A stretch of 64,000 nucleotides of DNA from an uncultured Acidobacteriota bacterium (lineage in GTDB: Bacteria > Acidobacteriota > JAQAZP01). The stretch spans positions 960,001-1,024,000 of the forward strand of contig CAWIIB010000009.1 in NCBI GenBank assembly GCA_963836075.1, written 5' to 3'. How positions within the stretch are numbered: position 1 is the stretch's first letter; every line of letters begins with the position of its first letter. Made by a program: the position numbers and the translations under genes. Below, piece by piece: positions 50,186 through 59,565 of the stretch. The notes beneath the pieces are model-generated. The model had not been told where the DNA came from. It worked only from the letters and a program-made list of their open reading frames with translations, and searched no databases.

Positions 50186-51937
50186 GTGCTGAAGAGATTT
50201 CTGCTGACGGTGCTGATCCTGATCAGCTTCTCCACCATGGCCGGCGCCTATGCCGGTGACACCCACTATTACATCCGCTTTGCCACGGCGCTGCTCGTCG
50301 GTTTCGACTGGGACGACGCCCACCTCATCGCCAGCGCCGACTACATGATCGACAGGAACAAGTCGACCCACGCCGAGAAGAACCCGGCCAAAAAGCACAA
50401 CAAGGTTAATTGGCACGCATTTGAAAGGACGGAGGAGCGGTTCTTCGAATTGTGGGCCAGGGTCCTCGGCGAGAGCGATCCCGAGCTGCAGTTGATCGAA
50501 CTGGGCCAGTTCCTGCACTTTGCTGCCGACTGGGAGCCCCACGGGGTCTTTGGCGACAGGCTGGGTCACGGTATGGCAACCATCATGGGACGGGACCCCG
50601 ACTCGCTGGGGACCGACATCATGAACAACCGCCGGATGATCCGGCAGACCATGGACTTCATGATGGAGTTTCGGGCGAGCACCGGCCGGCCCGTGGGCGG
50701 TGGCGGCGATCCGGACCGGGCCCTGGCCGAACTGTTCCTGGAGTTGTCCTCCGAACCGATCATGGATGATCTTTACATGATTAACAGCCCCCGGTGGAAG
50801 ACCTGGGGGGTTCGCGGCAAAAAGGGGCGAGTGATCCTGGCCCGGAACCATCTGCTGGTGGAAGAACTGATCAGCAAGTGGGGTAAGGAACGTCCGGATC
50901 TGAAGGTTCCGGCCGACTTCACACCCGGGGACCCGGAAAAAGGCCTGCCCCCGCCCATCGGGATGAGCTACCGGAAGAACGGCGACATAGTGGCGGTGTA
51001 CGGTGTGGAGGTCGAACTGCTCCCCGAGTTTGACGGGGGTGATTTCAACGCGGCGCTGGAGGAGCGATACGAGGAGAGAGTCGAGCCGGAGGTAGTGGAC
51101 GAGCTTCAGCAGGAGCTTCATGGGGGGGGCGACCCGGACCTCTTCAACATCGTCGGGACCCAGGTGCTCGATGCCGGCCTGAAGAAGAGCGGGTGGCTGG
51201 TCACCGTCCAGGTCGCCAACTTCGGCGTGGGCCATTCCGCGGAGGGCCGGCTGGAACTGCACGTGGTCAACATCCACACCGAAGAGACGGTGGGCCACCT
51301 GGTCTATCAACTGCCCCGGTTGAAAGGCGGCCAGAAAATCAGGAAGAAAATCCTGGTGCCCTCCGAGGGTAAGCCGGAGCGGGACGTGGTCATCGGCGTC
51401 ACGCTGGACGGCCCCGACCTGCTGGCCGACGACAACGACGACTGGTTCATGCCCTGGGATGACGAGCTGGAAGACCAGCCGGCCCCGAAAAAGAAGAAGG
51501 TACAGAGCAGAGGCCAGGATTCCATCGCTCTTCTGGGGAATCCGAAGATGTGGGTCGAGGGGGCCGAGGGTGTGGTGGTCGTCCTTTCCGCGCTGGTCTC
51601 CGGCGGTGATTCGTCACACCGGCTGGGTGCGGTGGAGCTCCGGCTGGTGGGCCGGGATGAGAGCCATACCTTCACCATCGATGAAGACAGGGGTGTGGTC
51701 TGGTTCACTACGTTGGATCTCGAACAAAAAACAATGCCGGCCAAAACCTTCCTCTGGGTGCCGATCAACAGCGACCTCTGCACGGCCCTGAAGTCGGCCT
51801 CACTGGTCCCCGAGCATTTCGAGGTCACCGTCAGTGGTGATAAGGTGGAGCCTGTGACGAAAAGGTATCCGCTCGACCCGCATTTCATTGCTGAACTCCG
51901 GGAAGCCTGCGGGGTGGATACGGCGGTGGAAAAGTAG
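50186..51937 (+). CDS. Exported multidomain protein with N-terminal His/Asp-rich (DUF6765 / Zn phospholipase C-like) domain and Ig-like domain
   Basis: Signal peptide; THYY...IASADYMID...WHAF...LGQFLHFAADWEPH...GH; VQVANFG.G.S (CARDB-like). Confidence 0.6.
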   Translation: MLKRFLLTVLILISFSTMAGAYAGDTHYYIRFATALLVGFDWDDAHLIASADYMIDRNKSTHAEKNPAKKHNKVNWHAFERTEERFFELWARVLGESDPELQLIELGQFLHFAADWEPHGVFGDRLGHGMATIMGRDPDSLGTDIMNNRRMIRQTMDFMMEFRASTGRPVGGGGDPDRALAELFLELSSEPIMDDLYMINSPRWKTWGVRGKKGRVILARNHLLVEELISKWGKERPDLKVPADFTPGDPEKGLPPPIGMSYRKNGDIVAVYGVEVELLPEFDGGDFNAALEERYEERVEPEVVDELQQELHGGGDPDLFNIVGTQVLDAGLKKSGWLVTVQVANFGVGHSAEGRLELHVVNIHTEETVGHLVYQLPRLKGGQKIRKKILVPSEGKPERDVVIGVTLDGPDLLADDNDDWFMPWDDELEDQPAPKKKKVQSRGQDSIALLGNPKMWVEGAEGVVVVLSALVSGGDSSHRLGAVELRLVGRDESHTFTIDEDRGVVWFTTLDLEQKTMPAKTFLWVPINSDLCTALKSASLVPEHFEVTVSGDKVEPVTKRYPLDPHFIAELREACGVDTAVEK

Positions 51938-51956
51938 ATGCAGTGGATGACTCACA

Positions 51957-54900
51957 GTGAAACGAAAGCTCCTTATCACGATCCTCGGTCTGCTGGCGGT
52001 GGTGATCATCGCCGCTGCGATTGCGGGGGTGACGGTCCATACCGATTCGTTTCGCAGCTGGTTCGAGGGGAAGCTGGAAACGGTTCTCACCGAGGCCACC
52101 GGGCGGCCGGTATCACTGCGGATCGTTGACCTGGCCCCCCTGCGGCTCCGGGCCGCCGTTGAAGATTTCACCATCGGCGGCGCGTCCCCGGACGCCCTGC
52201 CGCTGGTCTCGGCGGCCTCCATCGATCTCGATGCCAACTGGTCCGCTCTTTTACGCAAGCGGGCCGACCTCTCCTCGCTGACGGTGAACGGCCTGCGGGT
52301 GGACCTGGAACAGCTGCCCCTTGACCTGCCCGAAGAGGATACGGAGTCACCGCCCTTCTCCATCGCGGACTTCGTCGACCTGATCCTCGTCGACCGGCTG
52401 GAGGTGGAGGACGGCTGGCTCCACTTCGGCGGCGCCGACGTTCCGCTGGACATCCTGGCCGAGGGCGTTGCCCTCTCCGCCGACTTCCGCCGCCTGGGGC
52501 GCAGCTACCAGGGGACCCTGAGCGCCGGCGCCGGCGGCCTGAGCATCCCCGATGCCGGCGATTTCCCCGTCACGCTGCAGACCGGTTTCACCCTGGGGCC
52601 GGATACCGTCACCCTGACCGATATCCGGCTCAGCAGCACCGGCCTCTCGCTCAGCGGCAGCGGCGAGCTCACCGACTGGAACCTGCCCGCGTACCGGGCG
52701 ACCTTCGAGGCCGAGGTCGCCCCCGGCGAGCTGCCGGTGCCGGCCCTGGCCGAGCTGGAGCTCGGCGGGAGCGCCACGCTCGACGGCGACCTCGAGGGAA
52801 AGGGAGGTGATCTGCGGGTAACCGCGGCCATGACTTCCAGGCGGCTGGACCTGGCCTCGGTATCCGCCAGCGATATCTCCTGCCGGCTGGCGCTGGCGGA
52901 TGAGCAGTTCCGGGCCAGCGAGCTGCTGCTGGACATCCTCGGTGCGCGTGTAGAGGGCGAGCTGACCGCGGCGGTGGCCGGCATTGCCCCCTGGTCGGCC
53001 GACCTTCAATTGGCGTCCGACGATCCCGATCCCCTGGTCCGCTGGCTCTTTCCGGAATCACGGGCGGGAAGCCGGGGCTCGTTCGCCGGCAGCCTCGACA
53101 TCGGCGGGACGGCATTCGACCTGAAAGCGCTGGCCGGCACTCTGGCGGTGCGGACGGAAGATCTGGTGCTCGCCGATGCGCCGCAGTTCCCCATGACCCT
53201 CGATGCTGAAGCGGAATTCGACGGCGGCGCGGCAGATATCAGCCGGTTCACCCTGACCGGCCCGGGCGCCAGTATCGCCGGCAGCGGGACCCTGGCGCTG
53301 GACTCACCGTCCAGCATCGAGTTCAGCGCCGAGGTTGCACGCCTGGAGCCGCTGGACTCCGGTATCAACGCGGTGGCCGGATTGATGGGCGGAGCAGACG
53401 CCCTGCCGGAGGAACTGCTGCAGCTCCGCGGCCGTCTGCAGGTTGACGGTGAGCTCGGTGTACCGACGCTGAAGGGTTTCGACATGGAAACCCTCAGCGG
53501 CCGGCTGGACCTCGTTGCCGACAAGGTCACGCTGGCCGAAGCCCCGGAAACCGTGCTCGACGCCCGGATGGAGACCCGCTTTGCCGGTGGTCAGATCATC
53601 CTCGACCGGGCCCATGCAGAATCGGCTGGTGTGGAACTGGACGCCACGGGAGGGGTGGGGATGGCCGGGGCCTCCGGCCTTGGAATAAGGGCCACAGTGG
53701 CCAGGCTGGAGGAGAGTCTGCCCGCCCTGCGGCCGTTGCTGGCCGCGTTCGATCTGCCGGCCGACATTCTCGATCCTCTCTCGTCCCTTTCCGGCAGCTT
53801 GCTGTTTGATGCCCGCATTGACGGGGGCTGGAACGAACTGGACGGCACGGCGGAGCTGGCGGTGGACGAACTGGCCTCCGGCAAGCAGCCGCTGGGCCGG
53901 CTAATGGCCGAAGCCACCGCCCGCGGTGGGATGGTGGAGATGGCTGGAATACTGGACGGCGCCGGTGGCGGAATCGAGATCAGCGGGGCGGCGGACCTGG
54001 GCGCCGCGGACGGCATCCCCGCGCGTTTGGAAGTCCGGCTCGACGGGCTCTCCCTGGAACCGCTGCTCACCGCGGCCGGCCTGGACCTGCCGGTGAGCGG
54101 CCTCGTCGGCGGCGATGCGGTGGCCACCTTCCCCGGCCCCGAGGTCCAGGCCGATCTGGCCCTCGTTGACGGCGCCGCCGCCGGTATCCCGCTGGACTCG
54201 GTGACCTGCGAGCTGCTCCTGATCCCCGGGCGCCTCGAGGTGACCGGCGCCCGCGTGGCGGCGGCGGGCGGGGCGCTGTCGGTTTCCGGCGGGCTCGGTG
54301 CCGGCGGGTCGCTGGACGGGTTGTCCTTCAAGGGGGACGGATTCGAGCTGGGCCGGTTGGTCGAGACGCTGGAGACGCCGCTGGACCTGAACGGCCGCCT
54401 CTCCTTTTCCGGGTCGGTCACCGGCGCCCTCGAAGAGCCGCGGCTGGCGGCCTCGGTGGCCCTGAACGAGATGTCCTCCTCCGGCTTCACCGTGCCGGAA
54501 CTGGACGGCGACCTGTCACTGGACCCGGCTGGTGTCGAACTCCACCTGGCCTCGCCGGACGGCCTCAGTGTGGCCCGGCTCGAGTTCGGTTTCGGTGAGG
54601 GCGACCCCTGGATCGCCGAAGTGCGCTATCCCCTCCATCTCGACACCCGCCGGCCGCTGGAGGCCGGATTTGCTCCGGGCGGCTTCATCGCCGCTGGTGC
54701 GCTGAATGCCGCTTTCCGGTGGGTTGGCGACGAACTCTCGACCCTTGAAGGGGTGGCCCTCGTCGAGGGGGTTCGCCTCGAGGCCGATGGCCACCGGCTG
54801 GACGGGACCGGTCCCCTGCAGGTCCGCGTGGCCTCCGGCCGGGCCGTGATCGAGCCGTTCAGGCTGGAGGGGCCGGATACCGGCCTGGACGTCGAGGGGA

Positions 54901-57900
54901 GCATGACCCTGGCCGACTCCCCGGAGGCGGAAATCACCGCCCGGGGTACCGTCGATCTGGGCCTGCTCCGGGGGCTCGACGACCGGCTGCGCACCGAGGG
55001 ACAGGCCGAGTTCGACCTCATCGCCCGGGGGCCCGTGGCTGAACTGGCACTGGGGGGTGTGGTCCGGCTCCGCGAAGGGCGGCTGCGGCACCCCGATTTC
55101 CCGCTGGTGCTGGAGAAGATCGAAGCCGAAGCCGTGCTGCAGCCGGATCGCTGGCAGCTCAGCCGGCTGGAGATGACCGCCGGCGGTGGACAGGTCACCG
55201 GCAGCGGGGAAATGTCGATGGACGGCCTGCGGGTTGAAGCGCAACACTTCGAACTGACCGGGCGCGGGGTGCGCCTGGCCTATCCCGAAGGGTTCCGCTC
55301 GGAACTCGACGCCGATCTCATGCTGACCCGGGAGAATGGCGGGCCGGGCCGTCTTTCCGGGGAGGTCCGCATCATCGGCGGGCTCTACGACGAGGAGATC
55401 AACATCGAAAAACAGTTCCTCTCCCGCACCCGGGCGGCGGACCGGATCGCCAGCGTGGAGCCGGGCCTGCTGGACCGGGTGGCCCTGGACCTCCGGGTGA
55501 CCTCCGACGACGGCCTGTGGGTCAGGAACAACCTGGCCTCCATGGAGACCGGGGTCGCGCTGCAGATGAGGGGCACCTTCGGCACCCCCGACATCAGTGG
55601 CCGGGTGCAGGTGCTGGAGGGCGGGACGGTGACCTTCCGCGGTGTCGACTACAGCATCATCCGGGGGTCGATCGATTACCCCGGCGGGGCGTCCACCCCT
55701 CCGGAAGTGGACCTCCGGGCCGAGACCACTCGCTCCGACTACGATATCCAACTGGCCGTCACCGGCCCGCTGGAAAATCTCAAGTTCGATCTCAACTCCA
55801 CGCCACCCCTCTCCCAGACCGACATCGTCACCCTGCTGGTCACCGGCAAGACCAGGGACGAACTGGGCAGCGGCGGCGGCGGGCTCTCCGATGACCAGGC
55901 CACCATCTACCTCTCGGGCCGCCTGACCGACAGCCTCGCGCCGGCCCTGCAGCGGTCGCTGGGCCTCGACGAGGTGAGCGTCAACCCGGTGCTGATGGGC
56001 AGCCAGGCCGACCCCACGGCGCGGATCACGGTGGGCAAGTCGCTGACCCCGAGGCTTTTCGTCACCTACTCCAGCCTGATGGGCAGCGACCGCCAGGACA
56101 TATACCAGGCGAAATACCGGCTCACCGACCGGCTCAACCTGCTGGGCACCCGGGACGAGGACGGCTCGCTGGCCGGCGACGTGGTCTACCGGGCCCGTCT
56201 CTACCGCGGGCCGCCGCGGGAAGGGGAAACGGCAGGGGGCGGCGGGCAAAACGATCGGAAAATTTCACGGATCGAATTTCGCGGCAACCGGTTCGCCTCG
56301 GCCTTCAAACTCAGGAGGCAGCTTGGCGTGACCACCCGGGACCGCTATCATCGCTCGCGCCTGCTCGGCGGCCTGGAGCGCATTCGCGACTGGTACTACG
56401 CCAGGGGTTTCCCCGAGATCGAGGTGGAGCATCAAGTGATCGAAGACGAGGATACCGTCGACCTGGTGATCACCGTGGACGAGGGGCCGCAGGTGAAGAT
56501 CAGCCTGCCCGGGGCACCCCGGCCGCGGCGGCCGCTGCGCCGGGAGGTCTATCGCCTGTGGAGCCGCAGCATCTTCCGCGAGGACTTGCTGGAAGAGGGA
56601 GCCCGGCTGGTGCTCGGTTACCTGGGCGGCAGGGGATATATCCGGGCGACGGTGGATCCGTCACGGGAGGAACCGGAGCCGGGCCTGGAGGAGGTCGTCT
56701 TCCGGGTGGACCGGGGAGAGCGGGTCAGGGTTGACGAGCTCCACTTCACGGGAATCCACGGCGTGGAGGAGAAAAACGTCCGCTCGCGGATGCTGACCAG
56801 GGAGGCCGGCCTGCTGGCGCGCGAGGGATTCAGCCCTCGCACGCTCGACGATGACCTGGAGGCGATTCGGAACTATTACGCCACCCTCGGTTTCCTCGAT
56901 GCAGCGGTGAAGAGCCGCGTCGAGGACCTGCCGGGCGGCAAGCGGGTGGTGGTCACGGTGGAGATCGAGGAGGGCGAGCGCTACCGCCTGGGCCCGGTCG
57001 GGTTCAGCGGCAACGAGGCCTTCACCGCCGAAGCGCTCCTCGCCGAGACGGGCCTGCAGGCCGGCTCCCCGTTCAACGACGAGGAGGTCCGCCAGGCCGA
57101 GCGGAAGCTGGCCGTGCTCTATGACCGCCAGGGGTACGGCGGCGCGGCTGTCCGTTCCGGCCTGCGCATCGACCGGGAAAGTATGGTGGTTGATGTCGCC
57201 TTCGAGGTGGAGGAGGGCTCGAAACTGGTGGTGGAGGCGGTGGAGGTCGTCTCCCCCGGCATCACCAACCCGGAGATCATCCGCAGGGAGCTGGAACTGT
57301 GGGCCGGCCAGCCGCTGAGCAACCGCCAGGCCGGCCGCAGCCAGTACAACCTCTACCGCACCGGCCTCTTCCGCAGTGTGGGCTACGAGATTCTGCCCGG
57401 AGACACCCCGGAGGGGCGCCGTGTGGTCTTCACCGTGGACGAGAGCCCGAACCTCCACTTCGATTACGGGATCGGGTACAACTCCGATTTCGGCATGCGG
57501 GTCAGCGGCAACGTGGCCCACAACAACTTCATGGGCCGGGGGCTCTATGTCGGACTGGGCGGGCGGTACGGCGGAGACGACAGCCGGGCCCAGTTCGTGG
57601 TGCGCAATCCGCGGCTGTGGGGCAGCGAGGTCGAGGGGCTGGTCCGGGCCTACTGGGAGGAGGAGGACCGGGTGAGCTACGACGCCACGCGGCTGGGCGG
57701 CGTCCTGCAGAGCACCAGGCGTTATCACGACGGGCGCTACACCCTGATCGGGGGTTACGGGCTGGAGGATCTGACCACCGCCCGCAAGGGGCTGGATGAG
57801 CTTCCCGGTTCGCCTTCAGACCAGAGCGTCGACCCGCTCATCGACCCCCGGGTGGAGACCGAGGTCCGCCTGGGCAGTCTGCGGCTGGACGGGGCCCGGG

Positions 57901-58487
57901 ACAGCAGGGACGCCTTCCTCTGGCCCACCAGCGGCTCCTTCACCCGTGCCGAACTGGGCGTTTACGACCAGGCCCTGCTGTCCGAGGCGGAGTATCTTCG
58001 CGGATTCTTCCAGTGGAATATCTACCAGACGCTATTCCGCTCGGCGGTCTGGATCAGCTCCGTCCGCCTGGGGCTGGCCCAGCCTTACGGCAACACGGAG
58101 TTCTTGCCGATCAGCGAGCGCTTCTTCACCGGCGGGGAGAGCAGTCTTCGCGGGTTCAAATACGACACCCTGCCGGCGGTGGGCGCCCCGTACCTGCCGG
58201 GCGTCGAGAGCGACACGTCCACCGGCGGTAACGCCCTCTTCCTCTTCAACCAGGAACTGACGGTGCCGGTGGCCGACCCGATCCACCTGCTGATCTTCTA
58301 CGATGCCGGCAACCTCTACTGGAAGGTCAGCGACTTCGACATCACCGACCTCCGCCAATCGGCCGGCCTGGGAATCCGCATCAGGACCCCGGTTGGACCC
58401 CTGCGCCTGGAATACGGTTGGAAACTCGATCGCGAGGAGGGCGAGTCCTCCGGCCGCCTCCACTTCAGTTTCGGCATGCCGTTCTGA
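51957..58487 (+). CDS. TamB/AsmA-like domain fused to POTRA repeats and Omp85 (BamA/TamA) barrel, 2176 aa
   Basis: Uninterrupted ORF: N-terminal TM, AsmA-like beta repeats, DUF490 end (STPPLSQTDIVTLL, ITVGKSLT.RL.VTYS), several POTRA units, ERFFTGG..SLRGF and GPLRLEYG...FSFGMPF. Confidence 0.9.
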   Translation: MKRKLLITILGLLAVVIIAAAIAGVTVHTDSFRSWFEGKLETVLTEATGRPVSLRIVDLAPLRLRAAVEDFTIGGASPDALPLVSAASIDLDANWSALLRKRADLSSLTVNGLRVDLEQLPLDLPEEDTESPPFSIADFVDLILVDRLEVEDGWLHFGGADVPLDILAEGVALSADFRRLGRSYQGTLSAGAGGLSIPDAGDFPVTLQTGFTLGPDTVTLTDIRLSSTGLSLSGSGELTDWNLPAYRATFEAEVAPGELPVPALAELELGGSATLDGDLEGKGGDLRVTAAMTSRRLDLASVSASDISCRLALADEQFRASELLLDILGARVEGELTAAVAGIAPWSADLQLASDDPDPLVRWLFPESRAGSRGSFAGSLDIGGTAFDLKALAGTLAVRTEDLVLADAPQFPMTLDAEAEFDGGAADISRFTLTGPGASIAGSGTLALDSPSSIEFSAEVARLEPLDSGINAVAGLMGGADALPEELLQLRGRLQVDGELGVPTLKGFDMETLSGRLDLVADKVTLAEAPETVLDARMETRFAGGQIILDRAHAESAGVELDATGGVGMAGASGLGIRATVARLEESLPALRPLLAAFDLPADILDPLSSLSGSLLFDARIDGGWNELDGTAELAVDELASGKQPLGRLMAEATARGGMVEMAGILDGAGGGIEISGAADLGAADGIPARLEVRLDGLSLEPLLTAAGLDLPVSGLVGGDAVATFPGPEVQADLALVDGAAAGIPLDSVTCELLLIPGRLEVTGARVAAAGGALSVSGGLGAGGSLDGLSFKGDGFELGRLVETLETPLDLNGRLSFSGSVTGALEEPRLAASVALNEMSSSGFTVPELDGDLSLDPAGVELHLASPDGLSVARLEFGFGEGDPWIAEVRYPLHLDTRRPLEAGFAPGGFIAAGALNAAFRWVGDELSTLEGVALVEGVRLEADGHRLDGTGPLQVRVASGRAVIEPFRLEGPDTGLDVEGSMTLADSPEAEITARGTVDLGLLRGLDDRLRTEGQAEFDLIARGPVAELALGGVVRLREGRLRHPDFPLVLEKIEAEAVLQPDRWQLSRLEMTAGGGQVTGSGEMSMDGLRVEAQHFELTGRGVRLAYPEGFRSELDADLMLTRENGGPGRLSGEVRIIGGLYDEEINIEKQFLSRTRAADRIASVEPGLLDRVALDLRVTSDDGLWVRNNLASMETGVALQMRGTFGTPDISGRVQVLEGGTVTFRGVDYSIIRGSIDYPGGASTPPEVDLRAETTRSDYDIQLAVTGPLENLKFDLNSTPPLSQTDIVTLLVTGKTRDELGSGGGGLSDDQATIYLSGRLTDSLAPALQRSLGLDEVSVNPVLMGSQADPTARITVGKSLTPRLFVTYSSLMGSDRQDIYQAKYRLTDRLNLLGTRDEDGSLAGDVVYRARLYRGPPREGETAGGGGQNDRKISRIEFRGNRFASAFKLRRQLGVTTRDRYHRSRLLGGLERIRDWYYARGFPEIEVEHQVIEDEDTVDLVITVDEGPQVKISLPGAPRPRRPLRREVYRLWSRSIFREDLLEEGARLVLGYLGGRGYIRATVDPSREEPEPGLEEVVFRVDRGERVRVDELHFTGIHGVEEKNVRSRMLTREAGLLAREGFSPRTLDDDLEAIRNYYATLGFLDAAVKSRVEDLPGGKRVVVTVEIEEGERYRLGPVGFSGNEAFTAEALLAETGLQAGSPFNDEEVRQAERKLAVLYDRQGYGGAAVRSGLRIDRESMVVDVAFEVEEGSKLVVEAVEVVSPGITNPEIIRRELELWAGQPLSNRQAGRSQYNLYRTGLFRSVGYEILPGDTPEGRRVVFTVDESPNLHFDYGIGYNSDFGMRVSGNVAHNNFMGRGLYVGLGGRYGGDDSRAQFVVRNPRLWGSEVEGLVRAYWEEEDRVSYDATRLGGVLQSTRRYHDGRYTLIGGYGLEDLTTARKGLDELPGSPSDQSVDPLIDPRVETEVRLGSLRLDGARDSRDAFLWPTSGSFTRAELGVYDQALLSEAEYLRGFFQWNIYQTLFRSAVWISSVRLGLAQPYGNTEFLPISERFFTGGESSLRGFKYDTLPAVGAPYLPGVESDTSTGGNALFLFNQELTVPVADPIHLLIFYDAGNLYWKVSDFDITDLRQSAGLGIRIRTPVGPLRLEYGWKLDREEGESSGRLHFSFGMPF

Positions 58488-58498
58488 TTCAGGATTCA

Positions 58499-58563
58499 GG
58501 GACGTACATGAATATATGAATTTCTTCTCCACCGCCCCATATTTCATGAGGGACGAACATGAA
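58499..58563. repeat. Half element plus degenerate second end of the GGGACGTACATGAA repeat family
   Basis: GGGACGTACATGAATATATGAAT at 58499..58521 and GGGACGAACATGAA at 58550..58563. Confidence 0.8.
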
Positions 58564-58661
58564 ATCTGCAATTCCAGTAAAATTATCCATCCCCTTGGTA
58601 TCTATTTTGCACTTCTGGATTCATCCTGAAATTCATGTGAATGTAAATTTCGGTAGATGGG

Positions 58662-59561
58662 ATGCACTCCATGCGCTTTTCTTGTTCAAGAATGGCATTT
58701 AACTCTCTCCACCTGTCATTTCGCACCGTCATCCCGACGTTACTGATCTGTCTCCTCCCCTTTACACCTATCACCTTGGCCCAGGAGTTTGGTCGGGACC
58801 TGGGAGAGCAAGAGGACCGGGTGAACTACGCATTTTCGGCCTACCTGGGCAGCGGCATTTATGCCGCATCGGATGGGGCCGTGCAGGTCTACAGCCTTCC
58901 CCTCGCCTATACGCTCCGGCCGCCGTCCGAGAGGCGCCCTGGAATCAGATTGAAGTTCCCGGTGACGTTGGGTTTTTACGACTTCAAGGCGCTGGATCTG
59001 ATCGAGGGCACCCTGCCCGACGATGTGGCCACCATCAGCGTTATCCCCGGCGCTGAGTTTCTCTTCCCCGTGAGGGAGAATTGGTCGCTGACACCGTTTG
59101 TCGACCTTGGTGCGGGGATGGATATATCCAGCGGTCACACGACCTGGATCTGGTCCACGGGTGTGAACAGCCTGGCAGTATTTTCGGGAGACCGTCTGGA
59201 AACGACGCTCGGCAACAAACTGCAGTATGCTGCGTACAATTCCCCGGGGGAGGACGACAAGGGGAAATTCTTTGTTTTCGAGACCGGGCTGGATCTGATG
59301 CGTCCGCTGAGAGTATCGACCAGCAGCCGGATCAACCGCTTCAGCCTCTACCTTATGAACCAGGTCTATTTCAATGGGCTCGAATTGCTCAGCTATCGAG
59401 AAAATCTTCTTGAAGTGCAGTACCAGTATGAAGTGGGTTTCACCTATGTCCCTCATAAACCGTTCAAGTTATGGTTGCTCAACGTGCCCCGGATCGGTCT
59501 GGGCTACCGCTTTGGCGATGGCTTAACCGCCTTCCGCCTCGTCCTCAGCATGCCATTCTGA
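58662..59561 (+). CDS. Putative outer-membrane beta-barrel protein
   Basis: Signal-like N-terminus, NYAFSAYLGSGIY and RIGLGYRFGDG...LSMPF; start codon uncertain. Confidence 0.7.
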   Translation: MHSMRFSCSRMAFNSLHLSFRTVIPTLLICLLPFTPITLAQEFGRDLGEQEDRVNYAFSAYLGSGIYAASDGAVQVYSLPLAYTLRPPSERRPGIRLKFPVTLGFYDFKALDLIEGTLPDDVATISVIPGAEFLFPVRENWSLTPFVDLGAGMDISSGHTTWIWSTGVNSLAVFSGDRLETTLGNKLQYAAYNSPGEDDKGKFFVFETGLDLMRPLRVSTSSRINRFSLYLMNQVYFNGLELLSYRENLLEVQYQYEVGFTYVPHKPFKLWLLNVPRIGLGYRFGDGLTAFRLVLSMPF

Positions 59562-59565
59562 TGTA

